A stretch of DNA of 64,000 nucleotides from contig JBBDUI010000002.1 of assembly GCA_040903985.1 (NCBI GenBank), forward strand, positions 104,204 through 168,203, written 5' to 3'. Within the stretch, counting starts at the first letter, position 1, and each line of letters opens with the position of its first letter. Shown piece after piece: positions 1-7,533 of this stretch. The translations under genes and the position numbers were made by a program. The DNA comes from Candidatus Saccharimonadales bacterium. GTDB taxonomy: Bacteria; Patescibacteriota; Saccharimonadia; QS-5-54-17. The notes beneath the pieces were generated by a model that was not told where the DNA came from, ran no database searches, and saw nothing but the letters and a program-made list of their open reading frames with translations.

Positions 1-865
1 GCTAACTGGAATTGAGGTCACGCCCGACATAGCCCGACAGCCGGTTACGGCCGTCATAATCGAGAACTCACCCAACGCACGACCCCAGTCGGCCCTAAAT
101 GCTGCCGACATCGTCTTTGAGGCCGTAACTGAAGGGGGTATCACTCGTTTCTTAGCCTTCTTCCAGCAGCAAAACCCCGGTAAGATCGGGCCAGTCCGTA
201 GTCTACGTCCGCCCTTCCTCGATTGGATCATGGGTTTCGATGCACCGTTTGCCCATGTCGGAGGTAGCGCTCAGGCATTACAGCTAGCTGCGCAGCGTGG
301 CGCTAAGAGTCTGAATCAATTCAGTAACGGCGACGCCTACTACCGTAGTAACGATCGCGTAGCCCCCCACAATATGTACACTTCTATCAGTAGTTTACGC
401 GCCCTACAGAAAAGCCGTGGTTACAAGCCGAGCTCGTTTAAGAAGATTCCCCGCAGCGATGATGCTCCGGCTGCCGAGCCGGTCGCCACCCGCATTACGG
501 TCGATTTCTCTAGTTCTCTCTATCAGGCCCAGTTTCACTACCAGGCTGAAAATAACAGTTATAGCCGTTACCTAGCCGGTAGCCCGCATATCGACCGCGA
601 GACCGGTGAGGCAATAGAGACTAAGAATGTAATCATTATCAAGATGCCTTCGCGCCAGAACGGCCAATATGTAGAAATGGACACCATCGGTAGCGGTGAC
701 GCAGTACTATTTAAAGATGGTACCTCTCGTAATATTCGCTGGCGCCAGAGCAGCTATAACGACCGCATCGAACTGCTGGATGGAGAGGGCGCCGAGATTA
801 AGCTTAACCGCGGCAAAAGCTGGTTCAGTATACTACCCAGCGGTAGAACGTTAACGGTCGAATGA
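1..865 (+). CDS. DUF3048 (YerB-like) family protein, 5' end outside the window
   Basis: The frame is open from position 2 with no stop before the listed ORF 230..865. The upstream translation (VTAVIIENSPNARPQSALNAADIVFEAVTEGGITRF) resembles the conserved DUF3048 N-domain. Confidence 0.55.
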   Translation, partial: LTGIEVTPDIARQPVTAVIIENSPNARPQSALNAADIVFEAVTEGGITRFLAFFQQQNPGKIGPVRSLRPPFLDWIMGFDAPFAHVGGSAQALQLAAQRGAKSLNQFSNGDAYYRSNDRVAPHNMYTSISSLRALQKSRGYKPSSFKKIPRSDDAPAAEPVATRITVDFSSSLYQAQFHYQAENNSYSRYLAGSPHIDRETGEAIETKNVIIIKMPSRQNGQYVEMDTIGSGDAVLFKDGTSRNIRWRQSSYNDRIELLDGEGAEIKLNRGKSWFSILPSGRTLTVE

Positions 866-2346
866 GCTGGCATCGACGACTCCTCGCTCTTATCCTACTG
901 ACCCATCTCCTACCGCTGTTACTGCTCTGGATAATCCTAGAGATGACAGAACTCACTAATCTAAGTCTAGTGCTGCTACTGCCGCTGCTCACTGCATTTC
1001 TATTCAGCTGGGCACTCTACTGCAGTCTGAGCCGACCGCTCAGCCAGCTTTCAGCCGATATCGAGAAGGTAGCAGCTGGCAATCTCTCGACTCGAGCTGG
1101 AACCCTGCCCGGAGTTTTCGGTCAGATCAGCACAGCTCTCGACACCATTACCAGTAAGCTTCAGGAGTTCGTCTCCCGTACTCAGGCTGAGACCGAAGTA
1201 ATGGCCGCTGAGGCTAACAGGTTGCGTATGATACTTAACTCGATTAGCGACGGAGTGTTCGCCCTGGATAGTGACAAACGCATTATTCTTTTCAATAAGG
1301 CGGCTAGTAACATCACTGGACTTAATATCAAGGCCGTAGCCGGTCAACCGGTTAATACTGTCCTGCCGCTCATTCGCCAGAAGCAGCTCATCTTAAGCGA
1401 GTGGTTCGACCAGTGTCAGGACACCGATATGCAGCAAACCTCCTGGGAGAACGTCACCTTCACTAACCGAGAAGGGGAGGAGCTGACTCTCGACATCGAC
1501 GCCCTCTACATCGGTGCCGATCCAAACGGTGTACGCCTACTAGTAACATTTCATAATCGTACTGAAGAACGCCGGGTGGAGGATATGAAGGTCGACTTCG
1601 TCGCGCTCGCCGCTCACGAACTGCGCACCCCGGTGACCATCATTAAAGGTTACTTAGAAATATTGGAAGAAGAGGTTGGGCCACAGCTAGCACCCGAACA
1701 CCGCGAGTTCATTCGCAAGCTCGAGGTTTCGGCTACCCAGCTATCTGGCTCGATTAACAACATCCTGCATGTCTCTCGCATCGAACACGGCGAGCTAAAC
1801 ATGAACCGAGAGACACATGAATGGAATGAAATCGTCCGCACTGTCGCCTCCGAGCTGAACCAAAAAGCCATCGCCCAAGGAAAGTCTCTGCTCCTTAATC
1901 CCCACCCGAAGGAGCTCTACGTTTCCGTCGATCAAGTCAGCATCACCGAAGTCATCACTAACCTGATCGATAACGCCATCAAATACAGCAAACGTGGACA
2001 AAAGATTACAGTTAATGTCAATCGTAGCAAAACCGGTATCACGACCGAAATAGTCGATCAAGGTGTCGGTATTCCTGCTAACGCAGTCGGTAAACTTTTC
2101 ACCAAGTTCTACCGCTCTCACCGTACGCGTACCAGCCACCGTGGCACCGGGCTCGGGCTCTACATGTCTAAATCGATCGTCGAGGCACACGGGGGGCGCA
2201 TCTGGGTCGAGTCAAAGGAAGGCGAGGGCTCTACCTTCGGCTTCGAGCTCCCGGAAGTTGCCAAAGACTCCGCTGGTAGTGATAATGGTAATATCACCCG
2301 TAGCGTTCACGGCTGGATTAAGAACCACTCATTATATAGAGGATAA
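862..2346 (+). CDS. Sensor histidine kinase (N-terminal TM helices, HAMP-like, PAS, HisKA, HATPase_c)
   Basis: H-box AHELRTPVTIIKGYLEIL. G-boxes GTGLGLYMSKSIVEAHGGRIWVESKEGEGSTF. N-terminal hydrophobic segments. ATGA overlap with the upstream gene. Confidence 0.85.
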   Translation: MSWHRRLLALILLTHLLPLLLLWIILEMTELTNLSLVLLLPLLTAFLFSWALYCSLSRPLSQLSADIEKVAAGNLSTRAGTLPGVFGQISTALDTITSKLQEFVSRTQAETEVMAAEANRLRMILNSISDGVFALDSDKRIILFNKAASNITGLNIKAVAGQPVNTVLPLIRQKQLILSEWFDQCQDTDMQQTSWENVTFTNREGEELTLDIDALYIGADPNGVRLLVTFHNRTEERRVEDMKVDFVALAAHELRTPVTIIKGYLEILEEEVGPQLAPEHREFIRKLEVSATQLSGSINNILHVSRIEHGELNMNRETHEWNEIVRTVASELNQKAIAQGKSLLLNPHPKELYVSVDQVSITEVITNLIDNAIKYSKRGQKITVNVNRSKTGITTEIVDQGVGIPANAVGKLFTKFYRSHRTRTSHRGTGLGLYMSKSIVEAHGGRIWVESKEGEGSTFGFELPEVAKDSAGSDNGNITRSVHGWIKNHSLYRG

Positions 2347-2348
2347 CT

Positions 2349-2732
2349 ATGGCAGACACCACACACAGCGTACTATTCATCGAAGACGACCCGTTCATGA
2401 TTGATATGTATACACATGTGATGGAGAAGCACGGTTACTCTGTCGAGTCGGCTACCGACGGATTAGAGGGGCTGAAGAAGGCTCAAAGCGGCAAATATGA
2501 CCTTATCCTGCTCGACATCATGATGCCGGAGATGCTGGGCATCGAGGTCTTAGAAAAACTACGCAAGGATGAAGCCGATTTAGAAAATACCAAGATTGTC
2601 GTTCTAACCAACCTCGCCCAGAGTGAAGATTCACGCCGGGCACTCGAGGCCAAAGCCGACGGCTACCTTATCAAAGCCGATGTCACCCCCAGTAAGCTAG
2701 TGGAGCTGATGGGGAAAATACTGGGGAAGTAG
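2349..2732 (+). CDS. Response regulator, receiver domain only (CheY-like)
   Basis: Acidic pocket (EDD...LILLDIMMP). Conserved T/K (VVLTNL...LIKA). 127 aa with no output domain. Starts 3 nt after the kinase stop. Confidence 0.85.
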   Translation: MADTTHSVLFIEDDPFMIDMYTHVMEKHGYSVESATDGLEGLKKAQSGKYDLILLDIMMPEMLGIEVLEKLRKDEADLENTKIVVLTNLAQSEDSRRALEAKADGYLIKADVTPSKLVELMGKILGK

Positions 2733-2899
2733 ATCGTCTATAGGACAAGCGATAGGGTAATACAGCTTATACTTGACCCTGATGCCGTATAGTAAGCCTA
2801 ACTACAACAAAAAGACTCTGAAACATTCCCTTATGTACCCTAATCTGGAAGTAAAACAACTTCAACTGTTTTAGGGGAAACTGTAAATTTAGTCTGACG

Positions 2900-2916
2900 T
2901 GGTGACCCCGGCGGGA
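2900..2916. repeat. 17-bp exact duplicate of the tRNA-Glu 3' end (tggtgaccccggcggga); direct repeat with 3072..3088
   Basis: The identical 17-mer occurs twice 172 bp apart. The first copy is followed by a degenerate T-arm-like sequence (tagcgctccgc vs ttcgaacccgc). Confidence 0.6.
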
Positions 2917-3038
2917 TAGCGCTCCGCTATTGTGTCGCTCCGTTACTCGAAGCAGGCTTCTGCGTTACTCACTCCTTACGTACCCATTTTGCTTCGCAAA
3001 ATAACGGGTTCGAATACTTCCTATCGGAAGCTACCAAT

Positions 3039-3069
3039 AAAAATACTCATCGCAAGGATGAGTATTTTT
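3039..3069. terminator. Bidirectional intrinsic terminator hairpin downstream of tRNA-Glu
   Basis: aaaaatactcatc-gcaag-gatgagtattttt. 13-bp stem with A/T runs on both sides. Confidence 0.6.
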
Positions 3070-3071
3070 AT

Positions 3072-3148
3072 TGGTGACCCCGGCGGGATTCGAACCCGCG
3101 ATCTCTTGGATGAGAACCAAGTATCCTGGACCACTAGACGACGGGGCC
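3072..3148 (-). tRNA. tRNA-Glu (anticodon CUC), CCA encoded
   Basis: Minus-strand reading GGCCCCGTCGTCTAGTGGTCCAGGATACTTGGTTCTCATCCAAGAGATCGCGGGTTCGAATCCCGCCGGGGTCACCA. Canonical cloverleaf, 3-bp D stem typical of tRNA-Glu, anticodon loop TTCTCAT. Confidence 0.9.
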
Positions 3149-3299
3149 ATATAGTATTTGTCTGTCCGAGCGCTACTTATTGTAACTAATTATCCTAACC
3201 GCCGCAAAGTGAAACAAAGAAGGGTAGGGCGCGCCCAAAATAGTGGCCTGTACCACTCGATGCTATATACTAGTTTCTAAGCATAACCATCAGGAACAT

Positions 3300-5063
3300 A
3301 TGGCCCGTATCCGTAGTAACTATCAGAAGCTCCAATTAGCACTGTTTTGCGGCAGCTGCCTGATCATCCTGCTCTACCTTGTACTGTTTTATGCCCAAGT
3401 ACTTGGTCCCGGTGAGCTACTCGGTACCTCGCCACTTAACCTAGCTATAGCTGGCCTCCACGTTGTCTATTTCATTCTGTTGCGTAGTTGGTTAAACGGG
3501 CACTCGACCCTGAGCGCTACCGTAGCTGACCTAATCTTCTTCAGTCTTAACATCCTAATCCTCGTACTGGTGACCGGTGGGTTCCAGTCGGCCTATTTCG
3601 TCTTTTGGATCTTCATCATTCTCATCTCAGCCGCTCTAGGCGCCGAAGTTATGTACGCCTACACCGGCATAACTGCCAGCTACTTCATCGTGGCCACTCT
3701 ACTGTCTAACGACTGGCTCGGCTACCTGCATCACCATGCCGCCTACCTAATAGCCAGCTGGATAGCCGGGGGCTTGGGCCTCTGGCTATGGCGTAACCAC
3801 CCGGCGGCCGAGAGTAAGGACCACCAGGTAAATCAACTGTCCGAGAAGCTCAATGTTGAACAGATTAAATCGGAGATTCTACTTAAGAGCATAGGTGATG
3901 GGGTAGTAGTCATTAGTCTGGATGGTGAGATTCAGCTCTTCAACGGGCCGGCTTGTGTTATCACCGGCTGGCCACAAGATGAAGCTATCGGCGTCAACTA
4001 CCGCAGCGTTCTCATCCTTGAAGATGAGGCTGGTAAACAGCTAACCGATGAGGATGACCCCTTCCACAAGGTTATGAGCTCTAAATCCAGTGTCCGCCGT
4101 ACCAATCTAATGTTACTTAATCGTAATCAACGCAAGATCCACCTCTCCCTGGTAGCCTCACCTATATTTAGTGGCAGCTCCCAAGTCACTGGTGCTATCG
4201 GCGTCTTCCACGACATCAGTGCCGAAAAAGCAGCCGCTCGACAACGGGACGAGTTTATCTCTACCGCCTCGCATGAGATGCGCACCCCGGTAGCTGCTAT
4301 TGAGGGCTTCCTAGCCCTAGCCATGAACGATAAGGTAGCCCAAGTGGACGATAAGGCTCGCATGTACATCGAAAAGGCCCACGCCTCGACCCAGCACCTC
4401 GGCAAACTTTTCCAGGACTTACTCTCAGTCACTAAGCTGGAAGACGGTCGCCTAGCTAACCACCCAGAGCCATTCGAGCTGGGCAAGCTGATTAAGACCG
4501 CTATCGATGAACTTAACTTCAAGGCGGAGCAGAAGAATATAGAACTCAAACTAAAATCAAGTCACGAAACCGGTAACATCAAGGCCGACAACGACGTTCT
4601 ACCGCTTTTCTACATCAACGCCGATCCCGAACGAATCCGCGAAGTCTTCATTAACCTGGTTGATAACGCCATCAAGTTCACACCGGAAGGTCAAGTCAAC
4701 ATTTCTATAGGTGGCGATGACCGTCAGATCACCGTCGGTGTGCACGACCAAGGTATAGGTATTCCCAAGGATGAGATTCCGCACCTTTTTCAGAAGTTCT
4801 ACCGTATCGACAGCTCGGCCACTCGGGAAATCGGCGGTACTGGCCTCGGTCTCTATCTCTGTCGCACCATCATCGAGCTCTACAACGGCCACATCTGGGT
4901 CGAGAGCGAGGAAGGGAAGGGCAGTGACTTTTACTTCTCCTTGCCCCGTCTTACCTACGCTCAGGCCCAAGAGATCAAGGCTAAGTTAGAAAAAGCCCGT
5001 AAAGGCGTGCCGAAACCCCAAGAGCCAGGGGAAACAGTTGCACCAAATACAACAAATACGTAG
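3300..5063 (+). CDS. Sensor histidine kinase (polytopic N-terminal membrane domain, PAS, HisKA, HATPase_c)
   Basis: H-box SHEMRTPVAAIEGFLALA. G-box GGTGLGLYLCRTIIELYNGHIWVESEEGKGSDF. At least 5 N-terminal TM helices. The ORF track starts at 3243; the ATG at 3300 (MARIRSNYQ) is preferred. Confidence 0.8.
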   Translation: MARIRSNYQKLQLALFCGSCLIILLYLVLFYAQVLGPGELLGTSPLNLAIAGLHVVYFILLRSWLNGHSTLSATVADLIFFSLNILILVLVTGGFQSAYFVFWIFIILISAALGAEVMYAYTGITASYFIVATLLSNDWLGYLHHHAAYLIASWIAGGLGLWLWRNHPAAESKDHQVNQLSEKLNVEQIKSEILLKSIGDGVVVISLDGEIQLFNGPACVITGWPQDEAIGVNYRSVLILEDEAGKQLTDEDDPFHKVMSSKSSVRRTNLMLLNRNQRKIHLSLVASPIFSGSSQVTGAIGVFHDISAEKAAARQRDEFISTASHEMRTPVAAIEGFLALAMNDKVAQVDDKARMYIEKAHASTQHLGKLFQDLLSVTKLEDGRLANHPEPFELGKLIKTAIDELNFKAEQKNIELKLKSSHETGNIKADNDVLPLFYINADPERIREVFINLVDNAIKFTPEGQVNISIGGDDRQITVGVHDQGIGIPKDEIPHLFQKFYRIDSSATREIGGTGLGLYLCRTIIELYNGHIWVESEEGKGSDFYFSLPRLTYAQAQEIKAKLEKARKGVPKPQEPGETVAPNTTNT

Positions 5064-5074
5064 AATGGGATTAA

Positions 5075-5707
5075 ATGACTAAAGTACTACTCGTCGAAGA
5101 TGACATTAACCTCCGAGAAATCTATGCGGCTCGGCTCAGCGCTGAGGGTTACGATTTAATCACTGCCTCCGACGGAGAAGAAGCCCTATCCAAAGCCGTT
5201 TCCGAAAAACCCAGTCTGATCGTCCTCGATGTCATGATGCCGAAAATCAGCGGTTTCGACGTGCTCGACATTCTGCGTTCCACGCCGGAAACGGAGACCA
5301 CTAAGGTCATCATGCTTTCCGCCTTATCCCAGCAAACTGATCGAGAGCGGGGTGAAAAGCTAGGGGCGAACAAATATCTAATTAAATCCCAGATCACGCT
5401 AGAGGATGTCGTCTCTACCGTAAAGAGCATGATCGAAGAGGGGGAGATGGACGAAGCAGCCGATGATTCACCCACCATCGTCACCACTGCTAGCGGACGG
5501 TTACCAGGTGACGATACGCCGGCTACTACTCCCACACCTGATGGGGCTACACCAGCTACTCCGGTAGATCAAGCGACCACGGATGATGTCGCCAGTAATG
5601 ATACGCCAGCCGATCCTCCCATCTCACCCCAAGCTCTAGGCTCCACCGCAGATGAGATTGCCCACATCGACTCGCAGATGCAGAAGAAGAATCCTAACCA
5701 ACAATAA
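5075..5707 (+). CDS. Response regulator, receiver domain plus disordered T/P/D-rich C-terminal tail
   Basis: KVLLVEDD...LIVLDVMMPKISGFDVLDIL...LIKS receiver motifs. The last ~80 aa are low complexity (TPATTPTPDGATPATP). Confidence 0.8.
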   Translation: MTKVLLVEDDINLREIYAARLSAEGYDLITASDGEEALSKAVSEKPSLIVLDVMMPKISGFDVLDILRSTPETETTKVIMLSALSQQTDRERGEKLGANKYLIKSQITLEDVVSTVKSMIEEGEMDEAADDSPTIVTTASGRLPGDDTPATTPTPDGATPATPVDQATTDDVASNDTPADPPISPQALGSTADEIAHIDSQMQKKNPNQQ

Positions 5708-5710
5708 CCC

Positions 5711-6373
5711 GTGCGATTAAACCGATACCTCGCCCATGCCACCGGTAGCTCTCGCCGTCAAGCCGATGAGATGATTGTGACTGGCCGCGTTAAAGTTAAT
5801 GCTACTACAGCTAGTCTCGGCCAACAGGTCGAACCTGACGATAGGGTCAGCCTAGACGACGAAGCAGTCACCCTTAGCGAGCACTTGACGATCGCGTTCC
5901 ACAAACCTGCCGGTTACGTCTGTAGTCGCCGTCAGCAGGGGAGTGATCCGACCATATACGAGCTCCTTCCGTCCCACCTACATACCCTGAAACCAATAGG
6001 TCGACTAGATAAAGACAGTCGCGGACTCCTACTACTAACTACTGACGGCCAGCTAGCGCAGGAGCTAACCCACCCCAAGCACGCTAAATCCAAAGTCTAT
6101 GAAGTGATGCTCGACCGCGAGCTAGAAGACACGGATCTGTTCCAAATCAAGATCGGTGTCGAACTCAACGATGGAGTGAGCCGACTAGAGATTGAATCGT
6201 TAGAGGGTAATGCTAAAGCTTACCGCATCACTATGCAGGAAGGGCGCAATCGCCAGATCCGCCGCACTTTCTCTAGCTTAGGTTACGCGGTGATCGACCT
6301 CTTTCGCACCGCCTTCGGCACCCACAAACTCGATGACCTATCTGAGGGCAGCTGGCGCGAACTCAAACTCTAG
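5711..6373 (+). CDS. Pseudouridine synthase, RsuA/RluB family (S4 plus catalytic domain)
   Basis: N-terminal S4-like (RLNRYLAHATGSSRRQADEMI). Catalytic motif GRLDKDSRGLLLLTTDG. GTG start. Confidence 0.8.
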   Translation: MRLNRYLAHATGSSRRQADEMIVTGRVKVNATTASLGQQVEPDDRVSLDDEAVTLSEHLTIAFHKPAGYVCSRRQQGSDPTIYELLPSHLHTLKPIGRLDKDSRGLLLLTTDGQLAQELTHPKHAKSKVYEVMLDRELEDTDLFQIKIGVELNDGVSRLEIESLEGNAKAYRITMQEGRNRQIRRTFSSLGYAVIDLFRTAFGTHKLDDLSEGSWRELKL

Positions 6374-6423
6374 CCCACACCGATCTCCATCACATCTTAC
6401 CCAGTGTCCGAGATTAGTAAACT

Positions 6424-6459
6424 GTACTTTTTTACTTACGATCGTGAGTAAAAAAGTAC
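6424..6459. terminator. Bidirectional terminator hairpin between convergent genes
   Basis: gtacttttttactta-cgatcgtga-gtaaaaaagtac. A/T-rich flanked stem. Confidence 0.55.
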
Positions 6460-6713
6460 AAAATTATTATGGCTTAAGATAGGAGCAAAGATGAAGTTTG
6501 TAACAATTTTTTTGACGATCGCAAACAAATTCATTACAAATTATTACTGAGAGAATGATTAATATTTCATAAAGAAAAACCACGGTAGGCTTTCGGTGAC
6601 GAGATCGCAGAGCGATCAAGTACTGAAAGTTACCGTGGTCGGTGGGCCGGGTTATCGTACCGGCTGGTGTCTGTCGATAGATCGACATCCGTACGGTGGA
6701 GAGTAGCTATGTC

Positions 6714-6869
6714 CTAGCGTTTGCCAGAACCGCAGCAGTCTTGGCATTTGCCAGAACGATCACAGGTAGTGCAGCCCCAGCTCGACAAGCCTCCGGCACC
6801 TCTCCTGTCGCCCTGACCACGGCAGTCCGGGCACTTCTTAGTGCCGTTGCAGCCAGTACAGCGGGCCAT
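6714..6869 (-). CDS. Small Cys-rich protein (51 aa) with DnaJ-type CxxCxGxG zinc-finger-like repeats
   Basis: Translated by hand as MARCTGCNGTKKCPDCRGQGDRRGAGGLSSWGCTTCDRSGKCQDCCGSGKR. AAGGAG Shine-Dalgarno 6 nt upstream of the ATG. Not in the ORF track because it is under 60 aa. 26 nt downstream of the preceding same-strand gene. Confidence 0.5.
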   Translation of the reverse strand: MARCTGCNGTKKCPDCRGQGDRRGAGGLSSWGCTTCDRSGKCQDCCGSGKR

Positions 6870-6895
6870 CGTGCGCTCCTTGGCTCTACGACCGC

Positions 6896-7246
6896 TCAGT
6901 GCCTAGCCGGGAATCCGATGGAGCACGAGCTCACCTGGATATAACCCCTGCGTGAACGATAGTCGAACAAGCCATTCATGTGCAGAGGAAATACTCCCTC
7001 CACGCTCTTGTCCTCGATGCGGCCGACGAACTCAAAGGCGTTAACCCTAAGGTCGTCACCATCCCAATGCCTAATGCTGTCACCATCCCAATGCCTAAGG
7101 CCAGTGATGACTGCCTCGCGATGGCAGTCGGCGACGCAGAACACCACTGTATGCGGGTTCTGCTCATCAAAGGCATACTTCAGCGCATCACACAGTCCGT
7201 CTCGAGAAGGTCCGTCCGTGAGGGGAAGTCTTTCGATGGAAGCCAT
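6896..7246 (-). CDS. Hypothetical protein (116 aa) containing a 24-bp tandem duplication
   Basis: The internal ATG at 7246 with AAGGAG SD is preferred over the track start at 7348, which would overlap the tRNA. Tandem 24-bp repeat at 7055..7102 encodes RHWDGD twice. Confidence 0.5.
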   Translation of the reverse strand: MASIERLPLTDGPSRDGLCDALKYAFDEQNPHTVVFCVADCHREAVITGLRHWDGDSIRHWDGDDLRVNAFEFVGRIEDKSVEGVFPLHMNGLFDYRSRRGYIQVSSCSIGFPARH

Positions 7247-7323
7247 ACGGCTCTCCTTGTGAAGGTGCTTCAATGATATCCCGCCGCTGGCGGGACCACC
7301 TCTCCATACGGACAGGAATTGAG

Positions 7324-7465
7324 TGGTCCTGGTGGGACTCGAACCCACGTCCTCTGCACAGATGCAGGTGAGTAGCTTGCGCTTGATAGGCTACGGCCGG
7401 CGCCGACCCTAACCTATCCTCACCAATTCAATGCACAGCGCTCTACCTGGCTGAGCTACAGAACC
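7324..7465 (-). tRNA. tRNA gene interrupted by a ~68-nt structured insertion in the anticodon loop; anticodon unresolved; CCA not encoded
   Basis: 5' half GGTTCTG-TA-GCTC-AGCCAGGTA-GAGC-G-CTGTG. 3' half TGCAG-AGGAC-GTGGG-TTCGAGT-CCCAC-CAGGACC-A. These give a 7-bp acceptor stem, canonical D and T arms, and an anticodon stem CTGTG/TGCAG. The intervening 75 nt contains nested helices GGTGAG/CTCACC and GATAGG/CCTATC. Confidence 0.55.
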
Positions 7466-7533
7466 AATATTTTATATTAAAATAATATCGTCAGGTAATG
7501 TCAATAGGTGTTATCTGTTACAATAGAGCGTAT

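Noticed and set aside
1051-2190. Antisense ORFs (1051..1347, 1650..1871, 1795..2190) inside the first histidine kinase
   Set aside because: Fully embedded antisense to a well-supported CDS. No SD or motifs.
2899-3040. Possible second tRNA gene, on either strand, next to tRNA-Glu
   Set aside because: No acceptor stem complement and no valid T arm could be built (gggttcgaatacttcc does not pair). Only the 17-nt 3'-end duplicate is tRNA-like.
4127-5535. Antisense/alternate-frame ORFs inside the second kinase and its regulator
   Set aside because: Same reasoning: shadow ORFs of confirmed genes.
7498-7533. 12-codon N-terminal extension of der in the ORF track
   Set aside because: The ATG at 7534 places the G1 motif at the canonical distance and avoids the upstream promoter-like AT-rich region.
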